Shown: positions 43,994 to 54,909, counted from the stretch's first letter. The stretch is DNA of 64,000 bases from Bacillota bacterium (GCA_019428945.1 JAHYJM010000003.1:4792-68791); one strand, 5' to 3'. Numbers and translations: made by a program. The notes: a model not told the origin generated them from the sequence alone.

Positions 43994-45052
43994 ATGTGGG
44001 CGAAGGCTTTTCCCTTCTGCCCCAGGGGGAGAGTAAAATTGCATAAAGCGCTCTATTTTCAGGTTGAACAGGATAAAGTTCGCTGCCTGCTCTGTCCGAA
44101 ATATTGTCTTCTCGGTGAGGGCCAAATTGGCCTTTGCGGCGTGCGGACACTTGAAGCCGGGATACTTTATGCAGCAAATTATGGCTGCCTGGCGGCTGCC
44201 AACTGGGATCCCATTGAAAAAAAACCCCTTTATCATTATTATCCGGGACATGAAATATTGTCGTTGGGAACAATTGGTTGTAATTTTCATTGTACGTTTT
44301 GTCAGAACTGGACCCTGGCCCGCGGAAAACAGGAACAATGTGTAGAGATGATCAAACCGGATGCAGTTTTGGCAATGCTTAAGCGCGAAGGCGGACCAAA
44401 AAATGTAATAGGTGTGGCCTATACGTACAATGAGCCTGTGGTCTGGTATGAGTTTGTCCTTGAGACATCACGGCTGCTGCATCAGCATGGTTATAGAAAC
44501 GTGTTGGTTACAAATGGCTTTATTAATCCTGAACCGTTGAGTGAACTTTTACCTTATATCGATGCCATGAATATAGATGTAAAAGGTTTTACCGATCGCT
44601 TTTATCGTAAGTATTGCAAAGGGGAGAAAGAGCCGGTTATCAAAACTGTCGAAACCGCGGTAAATTATTGTCATGTAGAAGTTACCTGTCTGCTGATACC
44701 GACCCTCAATGATGACCCCGCCGAACAGGAAGAACTGGCCCGTTGGCTGTCCGGATTAAATCCCGACTGTGTCTTGCACTACTCCCGTTATTTTCCGCAG
44801 TATAAGCTTGAACTGCCGCCAACTCCTGTCAGTGTGATGGAAGAAACGCTTGAAATAGCCAGGAGATACTTGCGATATGTATATCCCGGTAACATAGATT
44901 TGCCGGGAGCTTCTGATACATTTTGTCCGCATTGCCAAAATCTGCTGATAGCGCGAAATGGTTACCGGATTAAGATATTAGGTTTAGTTGAACAGCATTG
45001 CAATAATTGTGGTAATGCTGTTAACATAATATTACCTACAAAAAATTGCTGA
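43994..45052 (+). CDS. AmmeMemoRadiSam-system radical SAM enzyme (PFL-activase-like)
   Basis: 352 aa. N-terminal Cys cluster CLLCPKYC...GLCGV. Radical-SAM CNFHCTFCQNW. C-terminal CPHCQN...CNNCGN. A TTG at 44038, after GGGGGAG, is a likely alternative start. Confidence 0.7.
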   Translation: MWAKAFPFCPRGRVKLHKALYFQVEQDKVRCLLCPKYCLLGEGQIGLCGVRTLEAGILYAANYGCLAAANWDPIEKKPLYHYYPGHEILSLGTIGCNFHCTFCQNWTLARGKQEQCVEMIKPDAVLAMLKREGGPKNVIGVAYTYNEPVVWYEFVLETSRLLHQHGYRNVLVTNGFINPEPLSELLPYIDAMNIDVKGFTDRFYRKYCKGEKEPVIKTVETAVNYCHVEVTCLLIPTLNDDPAEQEELARWLSGLNPDCVLHYSRYFPQYKLELPPTPVSVMEETLEIARRYLRYVYPGNIDLPGASDTFCPHCQNLLIARNGYRIKILGLVEQHCNNCGNAVNIILPTKNC

Positions 45053-45267
45053 TTAAGAAAGCTTAATTAAATCCCAATAAAATTAGCGCAAAATACAATC
45101 ATGGGGTTGCCGGTGCCGGCTCATTCGGCTAAAATATATGTAAACTTGCGAGAGTTGCTTATGGTTTGAAGGGATTAAAGCGTTTCTAAGCGAATTATTA
45201 AAAAGTTAACCAAAAAAAACAGACAGCCTGTTCAAGCTGAAAAAAACAATAGAGGACTTAACAGATT

Positions 45268-46101
45268 GTGGCCATTTGGGAACGTATTGTCGCAGCACTA
45301 CTAGAGTTAAATGTTGAGTGGCGTGATGTTGTTGATATTGTAATCATGTCATATGTATTTTATCGCTTGATCCTGATTATCCGCGGCACCAGGGCGGAAC
45401 AGCTGGTTAAGGGTTTATTTATTCTTCTTCTGGCCATGGTCATAAGCGACCAGGCAGGCCTCGATACGCTCCACTGGGCTCTAAGACAGACGATGACTGT
45501 TGGTTTAATAGCTATTCCCATTGTATTTCAACCCGAATTAAGACGAGCGTTGGAGCACCTGGGTCGTGGTAAAATTTTTAAATCGACCTACTGGAACTGG
45601 AGCGCGCAGGATTTCGAAAATATGCTTGATGAACTTACCAAAGCTATACCTGTACTTGTTAAAAAACGAATTGGTGCACTTTTAGTTATTGAGCGCTCAA
45701 CAGGTTTGAAAGATTGGGTTGATACAGGTATACCGGTTGAAGGTGTGGTAACTGCTGAACTTCTTGTGAATATATTTTTCCCACGCAGCCCACTACACGA
45801 CGGGGCGGTAATAATCCAGGGTAATCAAATAGTCGCGGCAGGTTGTTACCTGCCCCTGACAGAGGACTCCAACCTCGGCAAGGAACTTGGAACCAGGCAC
45901 AGGGCTGGAATTGGGATTACAGAGATTTCAGATGCAGTAGCTATTATAGTATCTGAAGAAACAGGTATAATTTCTTTGGCGCATGATGGTGTTTTAACCC
46001 GTTATCTTGACGAGAAAAAATTAAAGGCTGTTCTTACTGAACTATTGTCCCCTGAGCGCAGTGAGGGTTTTAGCTTCTGGTCATGGAGGAGTAACAGGTA
46101 A
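45268..46101 (+). CDS. cdaA: diadenylate cyclase CdaA
   Basis: 277 aa. Three N-terminal TM helices plus DAC domain (HDGAVII, RHRAGIG). GTG start. Confidence 0.85.
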   Translation: MAIWERIVAALLELNVEWRDVVDIVIMSYVFYRLILIIRGTRAEQLVKGLFILLLAMVISDQAGLDTLHWALRQTMTVGLIAIPIVFQPELRRALEHLGRGKIFKSTYWNWSAQDFENMLDELTKAIPVLVKKRIGALLVIERSTGLKDWVDTGIPVEGVVTAELLVNIFFPRSPLHDGAVIIQGNQIVAAGCYLPLTEDSNLGKELGTRHRAGIGITEISDAVAIIVSEETGIISLAHDGVLTRYLDEKKLKAVLTELLSPERSEGFSFWSWRSNR

Positions 46102-46103
46102 TT

Positions 46104-46793
46104 ATGGAAAAATTTTTACGCAGCAATAATTTAGCTCGGGTTATAGCGATATTACTGGCTTTGATCCTCTGGCTGTTTGTCACAGGTGACAAAATTACCC
46201 GCACTACCCCTACCCGCATAACTTTTGAAGTACCGCTGCAGGTTGAAGGACTGGCACAGGACCACATAATTACTGATATGCAATCTACAGTTGACATAAT
46301 GCTCGAGGGTTTACCAGAATATTTTGTTGATCTCACTCTGGAAGAAATATATGTTTTTGTGGACTTAAACGGCCTAGATGCAGGCAATCATTTAATCCGG
46401 GTTCAGGATCGTCCGCCGCGCGGATTAGGCACGGTTCTTTTAGAACCGGAGCAGGTCAGGGTATCTATCGAATCTTATATAAGCGAGGATTTCGAGCTTG
46501 AAATTGAACTGATTGGTGAAGCAGCTGACGGTTGGAATCTTACCGAATATTCATTAGAACCTGATACAGTTTTTATCGGCGCACCTGAATCGGTTTTCGA
46601 AAAAGTTGCCCGCATGGTTCTGCTGATAGATATTACAGGGATGCGGCTTATTGAGAGTATCGAATTGACACCTGTAGCATATGATGAAGAGGGTAACAGG
46701 GTTAATGGCCTGGTTATAGATCCATCACTGATAACTGTTCGTCTTGAATTTGAAAGAATTGTTGAGCCGGAGCCATTGGAAAACGGCGAATAA
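46104..46793 (+). CDS. cdaR: CdaA regulatory protein CdaR (YbbR-like)
   Basis: 229 aa with an N-terminal TM helix and YbbR-like repeats, immediately after cdaA. Confidence 0.7.
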   Translation: MEKFLRSNNLARVIAILLALILWLFVTGDKITRTTPTRITFEVPLQVEGLAQDHIITDMQSTVDIMLEGLPEYFVDLTLEEIYVFVDLNGLDAGNHLIRVQDRPPRGLGTVLLEPEQVRVSIESYISEDFELEIELIGEAADGWNLTEYSLEPDTVFIGAPESVFEKVARMVLLIDITGMRLIESIELTPVAYDEEGNRVNGLVIDPSLITVRLEFERIVEPEPLENGE

Positions 46794-46819
46794 CCGGCAG
46801 AATACCAGGGGGTTTTTTA

Positions 46820-48160
46820 TTGGGAAAACTATTTGGAACTGACGGAATCAGGGGAGTGGCAAATAGGGATTTAACGCCTGAACTCGCCTTTAAAATTGGT
46901 AGAATTACAGCCTGGTTGCTGGGCAGGGATCATAAAAGCCCGGTTTTTTTAATAGGACGTGATACACGCCTCTCTGGTTCAATGCTCGAAGGTTCCCTGA
47001 CCGCCGGCATTACATCAGCCGGGGGTGAAGTCAGGCTGCTCGGTGTAGTATCTACACCTGCAGTTGCTTACCTGACAAGACAACTTAATGCTTCAGCCGG
47101 GGTAGTAATCTCAGCTTCACATAACCCAATTGAAGATAATGGATTAAAGATTTTTAACAGTCGGGGCTACAAGCTGCCTGATGTCCTGGAAAATCAGATC
47201 GAGGAGTTTTATTATAATGAGCCTGATAATTTACCCCGGCCAGAAGGATTCCAACTGGGGCAGGCACGTATTGATGAAGTAGCTCTCAATAAATATATGA
47301 ATTACCTTGAAGGAACTTCTGCGCCGCTTAAAGGACTCAACCTTGTAGTCGATTGTGCTCATGGCGCGGTCTGCCGTGTTGCGGGGGAGCTGTTTTGTAG
47401 ACTTGGTGCTAAGATTCACATGCTTCATGATGAACCCGATGGAGGCAGGATTAATGTTAAATGCGGAGCTACCGACACAACTGATTTGCAAGAAGCAGTA
47501 ATAGACAGGGGCGCTTTCCTGGGACTGGCATTTGATGGAGATGCCGACAGGCTTATCGCTGTCGATGAAAAAGGCGCAATTGTTGACGGGGATGCTGTTA
47601 TGGCAATTTGCGCTCTCGACATGATCAATAAGGATATACTTAACAGCAGAACATTGGTTACAACAGTAATGAGTAACGGCGGTCTTGACATTCTGGCAGA
47701 AAAAAATGGTATCAATATTATTCGCACCGCAGTTGGTGATCGCTATGTTCTTGAAAAAATGATTGAAGGCGGTTTTAACCTGGGTGGAGAACAATCAGGT
47801 CATGTTATCTTTTCTGATCATGCCACAACCGGTGACGGGTTGCTGACAGCCCTGCAGCTTATGAAAGTGATTCAGGAACAACAAAAATCTCTTTCCGAAC
47901 TGGCTTCGGTTATGGAACGTCTGCCACAGGTTCTGGTTAACCAGATAGTGGGCACAAAAGAGGGATGGTCGGATAATAAAAAAATTCAAACCGCAATTGA
48001 GCAAGTAAAAGAAGACCTGGGCCGCCATGGCCGGGTTTTAGTCCGTCCTTCAGGAACAGAGCCCAAAATCAGGGTTATGCTCGAAGCTCCGCTGCCTGAG
48101 GAGAAACTTAATGAATATGCCCAGTCTTTAGCCGAAATCATAGCAGTAGAGCAGGCATAA
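46820..48160 (+). CDS. glmM: phosphoglucosamine mutase
   Basis: 446 aa. GIRG N-terminus, active-site SASHNP, FDGDADR. Confidence 0.9.
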   Translation: MGKLFGTDGIRGVANRDLTPELAFKIGRITAWLLGRDHKSPVFLIGRDTRLSGSMLEGSLTAGITSAGGEVRLLGVVSTPAVAYLTRQLNASAGVVISASHNPIEDNGLKIFNSRGYKLPDVLENQIEEFYYNEPDNLPRPEGFQLGQARIDEVALNKYMNYLEGTSAPLKGLNLVVDCAHGAVCRVAGELFCRLGAKIHMLHDEPDGGRINVKCGATDTTDLQEAVIDRGAFLGLAFDGDADRLIAVDEKGAIVDGDAVMAICALDMINKDILNSRTLVTTVMSNGGLDILAEKNGINIIRTAVGDRYVLEKMIEGGFNLGGEQSGHVIFSDHATTGDGLLTALQLMKVIQEQQKSLSELASVMERLPQVLVNQIVGTKEGWSDNKKIQTAIEQVKEDLGRHGRVLVRPSGTEPKIRVMLEAPLPEEKLNEYAQSLAEIIAVEQA

Positions 48161-48357
48161 AATGATACCGTTTACTAAATCATTTAACTATTAAGGTATT
48201 TATGACGGGGGAGATCTGTACTCCTCCTTAATTCTGTGAAAGAACGGCTTTAACTCTTATTTAGTCCTGCCGCTGAGACTTGCATAGATATAATTATCGT
48301 TTAGCGCATGTTAAGAGTAAATTATTACTTAGATACAGGTAAACAGGGGGTAATAGA

Positions 48358-50196
48358 ATGTGCGGTATAGTCGGATATGCAGGCAATAAAGAAGCTCTGG
48401 CTGTTATTATAGATGGGTTAAAAAAACTGGAATATCGCGGGTATGATTCAGCCGGTGTGGCTTTTCTTGATGACGGAGAACTTGTCGTAGTCAAGTCGGC
48501 CGGCTCTGTTGCTGCACTTGAAGGAGCCATGGGAGAGAGAAGCAGTGAGATAAAAACCGGAATCGGCCACACCCGCTGGGCTACTCATGGGCGACCTACT
48601 GATGAAAATGCTCACCCTCACCGAAGCTGCTGTGGAGAAATAGCGCTGATTCATAACGGTATTATAGAAAATTACCGAAGTATCCGGCAGAGGATGCTCG
48701 ATCAAAAAACTCACACATTCAGCTCTGAAACAGATACAGAGGTGCTGGCACACCTTATTGAGGAAAATTACGAAGGAGACCTTTTGAAGGCTGTGCGAAG
48801 AGCGCTGAAAGAAGTTAAAGGCTCATACGGCCTTGTCGCAATTTCTTCCCGCGAACCAGGGCGCCTGGTATGTGCAAGACAGGACAGCCCCCTGGTCATC
48901 GGTCTCGGTAAGGGCGAAAACCTGGTGGCTTCCGACATTCCAGCTATTATCGCGCATACACGCAGGGCGCTTGTTCTTGAAGATGGAGAATTTGCCTCTG
49001 TAACCATGGATAAGGTTGAAGTATATGATCATAAAGGATTACTTGTTGAAAAGGATGAATTAGAAATAACCTGGGATATTGAAGCGGCAGAAAAAGGAGG
49101 CTATGATCACTTTATGCTTAAAGAGATCATGGAACAGCCTGCCGCAGTTAAAGAAACAATGCGCCAGAGAATTAATGCTTCTGAAGGTCGGGTTGATTTA
49201 AGTGAACTGGAATTTGCAGCAGATCAGATTAAATCATTTGAAAAGATTTATATTGTTGCATGTGGCACTGCCTATCATGCCGGCCTTTTGGGAAAAACAA
49301 TAATTGAACGGCTGGCGAATCTGCCTGTTGAAGTGGAAGTAGCGTCTGAATTTCGCTACCGCGAACCGCTGTTAAATGATAAGCAGCTTGTCATTGTGAT
49401 CAGTCAATCCGGTGAAACAGCAGATACACTTGCAGCTTTACGCCTTGCCCGTGAGAAAGGCGTATCAGTGTTGGCCATTACAAATGTTGTCGGCAGTTCT
49501 GTATCACGTGAAGCTGACCGGATTCTTTATACCTGGGCCGGCCCTGAAATCGCGGTGGCCTCCACCAAAGCATATCTGACTCAGCTTATAGCCCTTTACC
49601 TGATTGCCATATACTTTGGCGAAGCAAGAGGCACAATTGAAAAGAAAGAAATGGATGAGATCGTAAATGGTCTGGCTGCCCTTCCGGCAAAGTTAAAAAG
49701 CATCCTCACTGAAGAAAGTGTCAGCAGGCTCAGAACCTACTGCGAACACCTGGCTAAATGGGAGAGCGCTTTTTTTATCGGGCGCAACCTAGACTACCCG
49801 GTAGCCATGGAGGGGGCTTTAAAACTTAAAGAAATCTCATATATCCATGCGGAAGCTTATGCAGCGGGTGAACTCAAGCACGGCCCCCTGGCTCTGATAG
49901 TCGAAGGTATTCCCGTAATAGCTCTGGCTACTCAGCAAGCTGTTCTTGATAAAACACTAAGTAATATTCAAGAAGTAATCGCCAGGGGTGGCGCTGTGTT
50001 TGCAATAACCCAGGAAGGCTTCAACGATGTCTCGAAGCAGATTGAAGCTATATTTTATCTGCCACCAACAGACGATATACTGGCGCCTGTATTGAGCGCT
50101 GTCCCTACCCAACTTATTGCCTATTATGCAGCAACTGCACGTGGCAGTTCGGTTGATAAGCCCCGAAACCTGGCGAAAAGCGTAACGGTGGAATAG
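48358..50196 (+). CDS. glmS: glutamine--fructose-6-phosphate aminotransferase
   Basis: 612 aa. MCGIVGY N-terminal Cys, two SIS domains, C-terminal ...KPRNLAKSVTVE. Confidence 0.93.
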   Translation: MCGIVGYAGNKEALAVIIDGLKKLEYRGYDSAGVAFLDDGELVVVKSAGSVAALEGAMGERSSEIKTGIGHTRWATHGRPTDENAHPHRSCCGEIALIHNGIIENYRSIRQRMLDQKTHTFSSETDTEVLAHLIEENYEGDLLKAVRRALKEVKGSYGLVAISSREPGRLVCARQDSPLVIGLGKGENLVASDIPAIIAHTRRALVLEDGEFASVTMDKVEVYDHKGLLVEKDELEITWDIEAAEKGGYDHFMLKEIMEQPAAVKETMRQRINASEGRVDLSELEFAADQIKSFEKIYIVACGTAYHAGLLGKTIIERLANLPVEVEVASEFRYREPLLNDKQLVIVISQSGETADTLAALRLAREKGVSVLAITNVVGSSVSREADRILYTWAGPEIAVASTKAYLTQLIALYLIAIYFGEARGTIEKKEMDEIVNGLAALPAKLKSILTEESVSRLRTYCEHLAKWESAFFIGRNLDYPVAMEGALKLKEISYIHAEAYAAGELKHGPLALIVEGIPVIALATQQAVLDKTLSNIQEVIARGGAVFAITQEGFNDVSKQIEAIFYLPPTDDILAPVLSAVPTQLIAYYAATARGSSVDKPRNLAKSVTVE

Positions 50197-50200
50197 CACG

Positions 50201-50359
50201 ATGAAAATAAATTTGCAGAAGCTTGCCTGGCTGCTATTCCTCGTATGCGGTATAATCTATTTAATTGCATCGATTCGTGATCGAGACATACTGATGATTG
50301 TTGGCAGCGCCTGTTTTGTAATAGCAGTTATGATTTTTCTGCTGCCTGGAAAAGAATAA
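50201..50359 (+). CDS. hypothetical 52-aa two-helix membrane protein
   Basis: Hand translation: [52 protein letters not shown]. The ATG overlaps the glmS stop region. Below the ORF-track cutoff. Confidence 0.3.
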   Translation: MKINLQKLAWLLFLVCGIIYLIASIRDRDILMIVGSACFVIAVMIFLLPGKE

Positions 50360-50381
50360 ACGAGCAGCAAAGGAGATTTAT

Positions 50382-52088
50382 ATGACAGAGAAAATCGAAG
50401 GCGATATGAAAACAAACTTCATTTATACTATGATCAAAGATGATTTAAAAAATGGATTACTTGGCAACAAACCTGTTCACACCCGTTTTCCTCCTGAACC
50501 AAATGGTTACCTTCACATTGGGCACGCCAAGGCAATTTTGCTTAATTACAATATTGCCAGAGATTTTAAAGGCTTTTTCAACCTTCGTTTTGATGATACC
50601 AACCCGATCAAGGAAGAACAGGAATTTGTTGATTCAATCATAGAAGATATACGCTGGCTCGGAGCCGACTGGGGCGACCGCCAATTTTTTACATCAGATT
50701 ATTTTGAAACAAAATATGAATTTGCTACCCGGCTTATTAAAGCAGGCAAGGCATACGTCTGTGATTTGAGTCCGGAGGAGATTAGAGAATACAGGGGTAC
50801 TCTGACTGAGCCAGGACAGGAAAGCCCCTATCGCGACCGCAGCTCGGAAGAGAATCTTGATCTGTTTGAAAGAATGCGCCGGGGCGAATTCCCTAATGGC
50901 AGCCGGGTATTACGGGCTAAAATAGACATGTTTTCGGGCAATCTGAATATGCGTGATCCGGTTATATACCGTATTCTTCATGCTGATCATCATCGTACCG
51001 GAGACAAGTGGTGTATCTATCCGATGTATGATTTTGATCATCCCTTTTCCGATGCCCTGGAAGGAATCACCCATTCACTATGCTCTATTGAATACAGTGA
51101 TCATCGGCCTCTTTATGACTGGATCGTTGAGAGTGCACTAGAGCTTATGCCTGAGGAGGTCAAGTTTCGCTCCAGGCAGACTGAATTTGCGCGACTGAAC
51201 ATGACTTATACAGTTATGAGTAAACGTAAATTAAGACGGCTTGTTGAAGAAAATCATGTTTCCGGCTGGGATGATCCCCGCATGCCAACCATAGCAGGCC
51301 TGCGCCGGCGGGGAGTAACCCCTGAAGCTATAGCGGACTTTCAGGATAGAGTAGGAGTATCAAGGGCTGACAGTACTGTTGATCTTGCCCTCTTTGAACA
51401 CTGTATCCGTCAGGATCTGGAAACAAAGGCCCCGCGCCTGATGGTTGTTTTAGATCCGCTTAAAGTTGTAATTACTAACTGGCCTGAAGGTAAAACTGAA
51501 ATGGTCGAGATGGAGAATATGCCCGGAGATGTAAGCGCCGGAACACGCAAGGTTCCATTCACTGGAGAAATTTTTATTGAACGAGATGATTTTATGGAAG
51601 AAGCACCAAAAAAATTCTTCAGACTGGCTCCCGGTAAAGAGGTTCGCCTCAAGGGAGCATACATTATATGTTGTGAAAAAGTGATAAAAGATGAAAATGG
51701 TAAAATTACCGAGCTTCACTGTAATTATGACCCCCGGACAAAAAGCAATCAAGATACAAGCGGCAAAAAGGTAAAAGGGGTTATTCACTGGGTTGCGGAA
51801 AAACATGCCGCTTTTATTGATGTTAATCTTTATGATACTTTATTTACGGTAGAAAATCCTGAAGAAGATAATGAAAAAGATTTTACGGGTCAAATTAACC
51901 CTCAATCACTGATTGTGTGTAAAAATGTTCCCGCTGAACCGGCAGTCAAGGAAGCTCTTCCGGGAAACCGGTTCCAGTTTTTACGGAAAGGATATTTCTA
52001 TTATGATTCGGTTGCAAGCAGAGAGGGCTCTCCTGTTTTTAACCGGGTTGTAGCTTTGCGTGATAGCTGGGCTAAAGTTAATAACTAA
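50382..52088 (+). CDS. glnS: glutaminyl-tRNA synthetase
   Basis: 568 aa class-I aaRS. HIGH motif ([14 protein letters not shown]), KMSKS-type VMSKRK, and a GlnRS-specific C-terminal anticodon-binding region. Confidence 0.88.
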   Translation: MTEKIEGDMKTNFIYTMIKDDLKNGLLGNKPVHTRFPPEPNGYLHIGHAKAILLNYNIARDFKGFFNLRFDDTNPIKEEQEFVDSIIEDIRWLGADWGDRQFFTSDYFETKYEFATRLIKAGKAYVCDLSPEEIREYRGTLTEPGQESPYRDRSSEENLDLFERMRRGEFPNGSRVLRAKIDMFSGNLNMRDPVIYRILHADHHRTGDKWCIYPMYDFDHPFSDALEGITHSLCSIEYSDHRPLYDWIVESALELMPEEVKFRSRQTEFARLNMTYTVMSKRKLRRLVEENHVSGWDDPRMPTIAGLRRRGVTPEAIADFQDRVGVSRADSTVDLALFEHCIRQDLETKAPRLMVVLDPLKVVITNWPEGKTEMVEMENMPGDVSAGTRKVPFTGEIFIERDDFMEEAPKKFFRLAPGKEVRLKGAYIICCEKVIKDENGKITELHCNYDPRTKSNQDTSGKKVKGVIHWVAEKHAAFIDVNLYDTLFTVENPEEDNEKDFTGQINPQSLIVCKNVPAEPAVKEALPGNRFQFLRKGYFYYDSVASREGSPVFNRVVALRDSWAKVNN

Positions 52089-52157
52089 AGAATTTTATCC
52101 TTATACTCTCTAAATCAGTTAAAAAGTTCAGGCACAACTTGTTTTAGATGGTTTCGG

Positions 52158-53432
52158 TTGTTTTATAGCAGTCAGTTTTTCTTTGATAAAGGTCAGGTGG
52201 TCATGATTATTAGCCCGTTTAAAAAGAAATTTCGGGTCGAGAGTAGAGATGCAGATTCGAAGCAAGTTCTGCCCCATCACTTAAAAACAGTTATATTATT
52301 TGGCGGTATATACAGTATAGCAATGCAAATGGCTATATTATTGGTACCACTTTATGCTATAAAACTAAATTTCCCCCCACTTAGCCTCGCGTTGCTCGTA
52401 TCCCTGCCTGCAATACTGCAAATAATAATTCGGATGCTCGGTGGAGCAATTACCAACTACCTGGGCGAAAAAAAGATCTTAAAGATCAGTTTTCTCTGCA
52501 TCACCATTGCCGGTTTAGTATTTATTGTCAGTGATTCACTGCTGTACCTTTACCTTGCCCAGTTACTGCTCAGCACATCGAGGGGTTTATTCTGGAGTAC
52601 TGCGCAAACATATTTGTCGAAATTGCCCGAGTCTGAAGGGCGGTTAAATAAGATCTTCGGGATGTTTGAGGGGATAACTGCTGTTGGCGCTATCCTGGGT
52701 CTGATTCTTGCCGGTTACTTTTCAGAATGGTTTGGTATTTCCAGAGCCTTTATCAGTTTGATAATTATCGGTGTAATTAGTTACTTCCTAACCAATGCTT
52801 TACCTGATCTACCCCGAACCGAGCAGTCAAAATCCCTATCTGTCGGATTAAAGAGCTTGAAGCAGGTTGCCGGTCACAGGCCGATCTATCTGGCTTGCCT
52901 GTGTGCTTTTACTGCAGCGCTGCCGTTAAGCCTGGTAGGGTCATTTTATCCTGTATATTTAAACAGTTTGGGGATACAGGAAGGTATGATCGGGGTCATT
53001 ATTTCTGTTAAAGCTGCGGGTACTGTAACTGCAGGTTTTCTAGTGGCAAGGTTTCTTGACAGGGGCCGTTCAAACCTTCCTTATATGATCAGCTTCATCC
53101 TGATTGGCAGTACTCTCATACTTACCCAGATGTTTTCCTCGCCTGTGATCCTGGCAGCGATTATTATATTCACCGGATTGGGATCCGGGCTTTCCAGTAT
53201 ACTATACCAGAGTCTGACCACAAAATTCAGTACCGTTGAAAACAGGGGAGCTGCAATGGCTTTTACAACAAATTTTTGGTCTCTTTCCCACCTGACAGTA
53301 CCGGTCATATTCGGTGTTATAACTGAGCAGATGGGTATTTCATTATCCTTTGTTATTTCTGGAATATCTATACTTATACTCGGATTATTAGGCACCCTTT
53401 TATTTCGCTGGTTTACAGGATCAGAGGCTTGA
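52158..53432 (+). CDS. MFS transporter
   Basis: ~12-TM hydrophobic profile with MFS-like loops. The true start may be the internal Met near 52203. Confidence 0.65.
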   Translation: MFYSSQFFFDKGQVVMIISPFKKKFRVESRDADSKQVLPHHLKTVILFGGIYSIAMQMAILLVPLYAIKLNFPPLSLALLVSLPAILQIIIRMLGGAITNYLGEKKILKISFLCITIAGLVFIVSDSLLYLYLAQLLLSTSRGLFWSTAQTYLSKLPESEGRLNKIFGMFEGITAVGAILGLILAGYFSEWFGISRAFISLIIIGVISYFLTNALPDLPRTEQSKSLSVGLKSLKQVAGHRPIYLACLCAFTAALPLSLVGSFYPVYLNSLGIQEGMIGVIISVKAAGTVTAGFLVARFLDRGRSNLPYMISFILIGSTLILTQMFSSPVILAAIIIFTGLGSGLSSILYQSLTTKFSTVENRGAAMAFTTNFWSLSHLTVPVIFGVITEQMGISLSFVISGISILILGLLGTLLFRWFTGSEA

Positions 53433-53508
53433 ACCGGAGTGAAAAATTAGTTAAAATAATTTTAGTTGGATTAAAATTGTTATTGCTCTGATTAAGAGAG
53501 GAGATTAA

Positions 53509-54909
53509 ATGAATATGGCACATTATGATCTTTTAATTCGCGGTGGTCAGGTTGTTCTGCCTGATGATATCTTGCATGCTGATATCGCTGTTAAAGATGG
53601 GAAGATAATCGCTTTAACGCAACCGGGTGAGGCTGATGACGCCATCGAGGTAGTTGAAGCAGATGGATTAACAGTTATGGCTGGAGTAATTGATCCTCAC
53701 GTGCATATGAGAGACCCGGGATCAAATGACCGCGAAGATTTTATAACCGGGACAATGAGCGCTGCTGCAGGTGGCGTTACCACAGTTCTTGATCATCCTA
53801 ACACAGTTCCTTCAATCAGCAGTGTTGAAAATCTTTATGCCAAACGAGATCATCTGGCCCAGAGAGCAAATGTCGATTTTGGCCTTTACGGAGCAGCAGG
53901 TGCCGGCAACCTGGAAGATATCGTTAAGCTCGCGGAGGCAGGGGTGGTGGCATTTAAAACATTTCTGCATGGCGCTCCAGTCGGTCGTGAGGAAGAATTT
54001 GTCGGTCTTTGTGCCACAGATGATGGCGAACTTTACAGCGTGCTGGGTGCAATTGCCAAAACAGGCCTAATGTCTATTATCCATGCTGAGAATGATTCAA
54101 TTATTAACAGTTTAATAGCAAAAATGAAAGAGAAAAGCGATATTCTCGGAGATGCTCATGAACGTTCACGCCCGGTAGCGACAGAGATGGAAGCAGTAGC
54201 CCGTGTAGCTATTCTCGCTCAGGCTGTTGGCTGCCGGGTTAATATTGCGCATCTCAGTTCCGGTTCAGCAGCAAAAATGATTAGGATGTTTAAGGATAAC
54301 GGTTACAGTCTGACTGTGGAAACCTGCCCGCAGTACCTTTTTGCCACAGTTGAAGGATTGAATAAATACGGGCCTTATGCCAAGATTAACCCACCACTTA
54401 GATCACAGGAGGAACAGGATCTGCTCTGGGAGCATATTCAGAATGGCACTATCGACATGATTGGCAGTGACCATGCTCCTCACCGTCCGGCCGATAAAGA
54501 AAAAGGTAAAATCAATATTTTTGATGCCGGTTCGGGCTTGCCTGGAATCGAAACAATGCTGCCACTTTTTCTTACTGCAGCCAACGAGGGGCGGATTGAT
54601 CTCAACCATCTGACGAAAATTATGTCCCTGAACAGTGCAAAAAATTACGGTTTATTTCCGCGCAAAGGGGTTATTAGACCTGGTTCAGATGCTGATTTTG
54701 TCCTCGTCGATTTGAATAAAACATATAAGTTAGAAAAAGAAAAGCTTTTCACAAAGCAAAGGGATCAGGCGATGTTATTTGATGGCTTTGAAGCAAAGGG
54801 CGCTCCGGTCATGACAATTATCAGGGGCAGCAGAGTTATGGAAGAAGGAAAAATTCTTGTCGAGCCGGGCTTTGGTAAATTCCAGCCTGGGCCGCTTTTC
54901 AGAGGATAA
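53509..54909 (+). CDS. cyclic amidohydrolase (allantoinase / dihydropyrimidinase / dihydroorotase family)
   Basis: 466 aa. DPHVHMRDPG (HxH), AAAGGVTT, metal-binding His/Asp pattern (SDHAPH). Confidence 0.75.
   Translation: MNMAHYDLLIRGGQVVLPDDILHADIAVKDGKIIALTQPGEADDAIEVVEADGLTVMAGVIDPHVHMRDPGSNDREDFITGTMSAAAGGVTTVLDHPNTVPSISSVENLYAKRDHLAQRANVDFGLYGAAGAGNLEDIVKLAEAGVVAFKTFLHGAPVGREEEFVGLCATDDGELYSVLGAIAKTGLMSIIHAENDSIINSLIAKMKEKSDILGDAHERSRPVATEMEAVARVAILAQAVGCRVNIAHLSSGSAAKMIRMFKDNGYSLTVETCPQYLFATVEGLNKYGPYAKINPPLRSQEEQDLLWEHIQNGTIDMIGSDHAPHRPADKEKGKINIFDAGSGLPGIETMLPLFLTAANEGRIDLNHLTKIMSLNSAKNYGLFPRKGVIRPGSDADFVLVDLNKTYKLEKEKLFTKQRDQAMLFDGFEAKGAPVMTIIRGSRVMEEGKILVEPGFGKFQPGPLFRG

Noticed and set aside
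45053-45267. Possible c-di-AMP (ydaO-type) riboswitch upstream of cdaA
   Set aside because: Only weak, AT-rich short stems. cdaA is not a typical ydaO-regulated gene and no recognisable conserved elements were seen.
48161-48357. Possible glmS ribozyme upstream of glmS
   Set aside because: The 197-nt leader contains AGCGCA and UGACGGGGGAG-like fragments, but they are in the wrong order. The conserved AGCGCCAGAACUGGC 5' core and the GACGAGG / UAUCGAAUUUUCGGCGG elements, as I recall them, are absent. A cmsearch with Rfam RF00234 would settle it.
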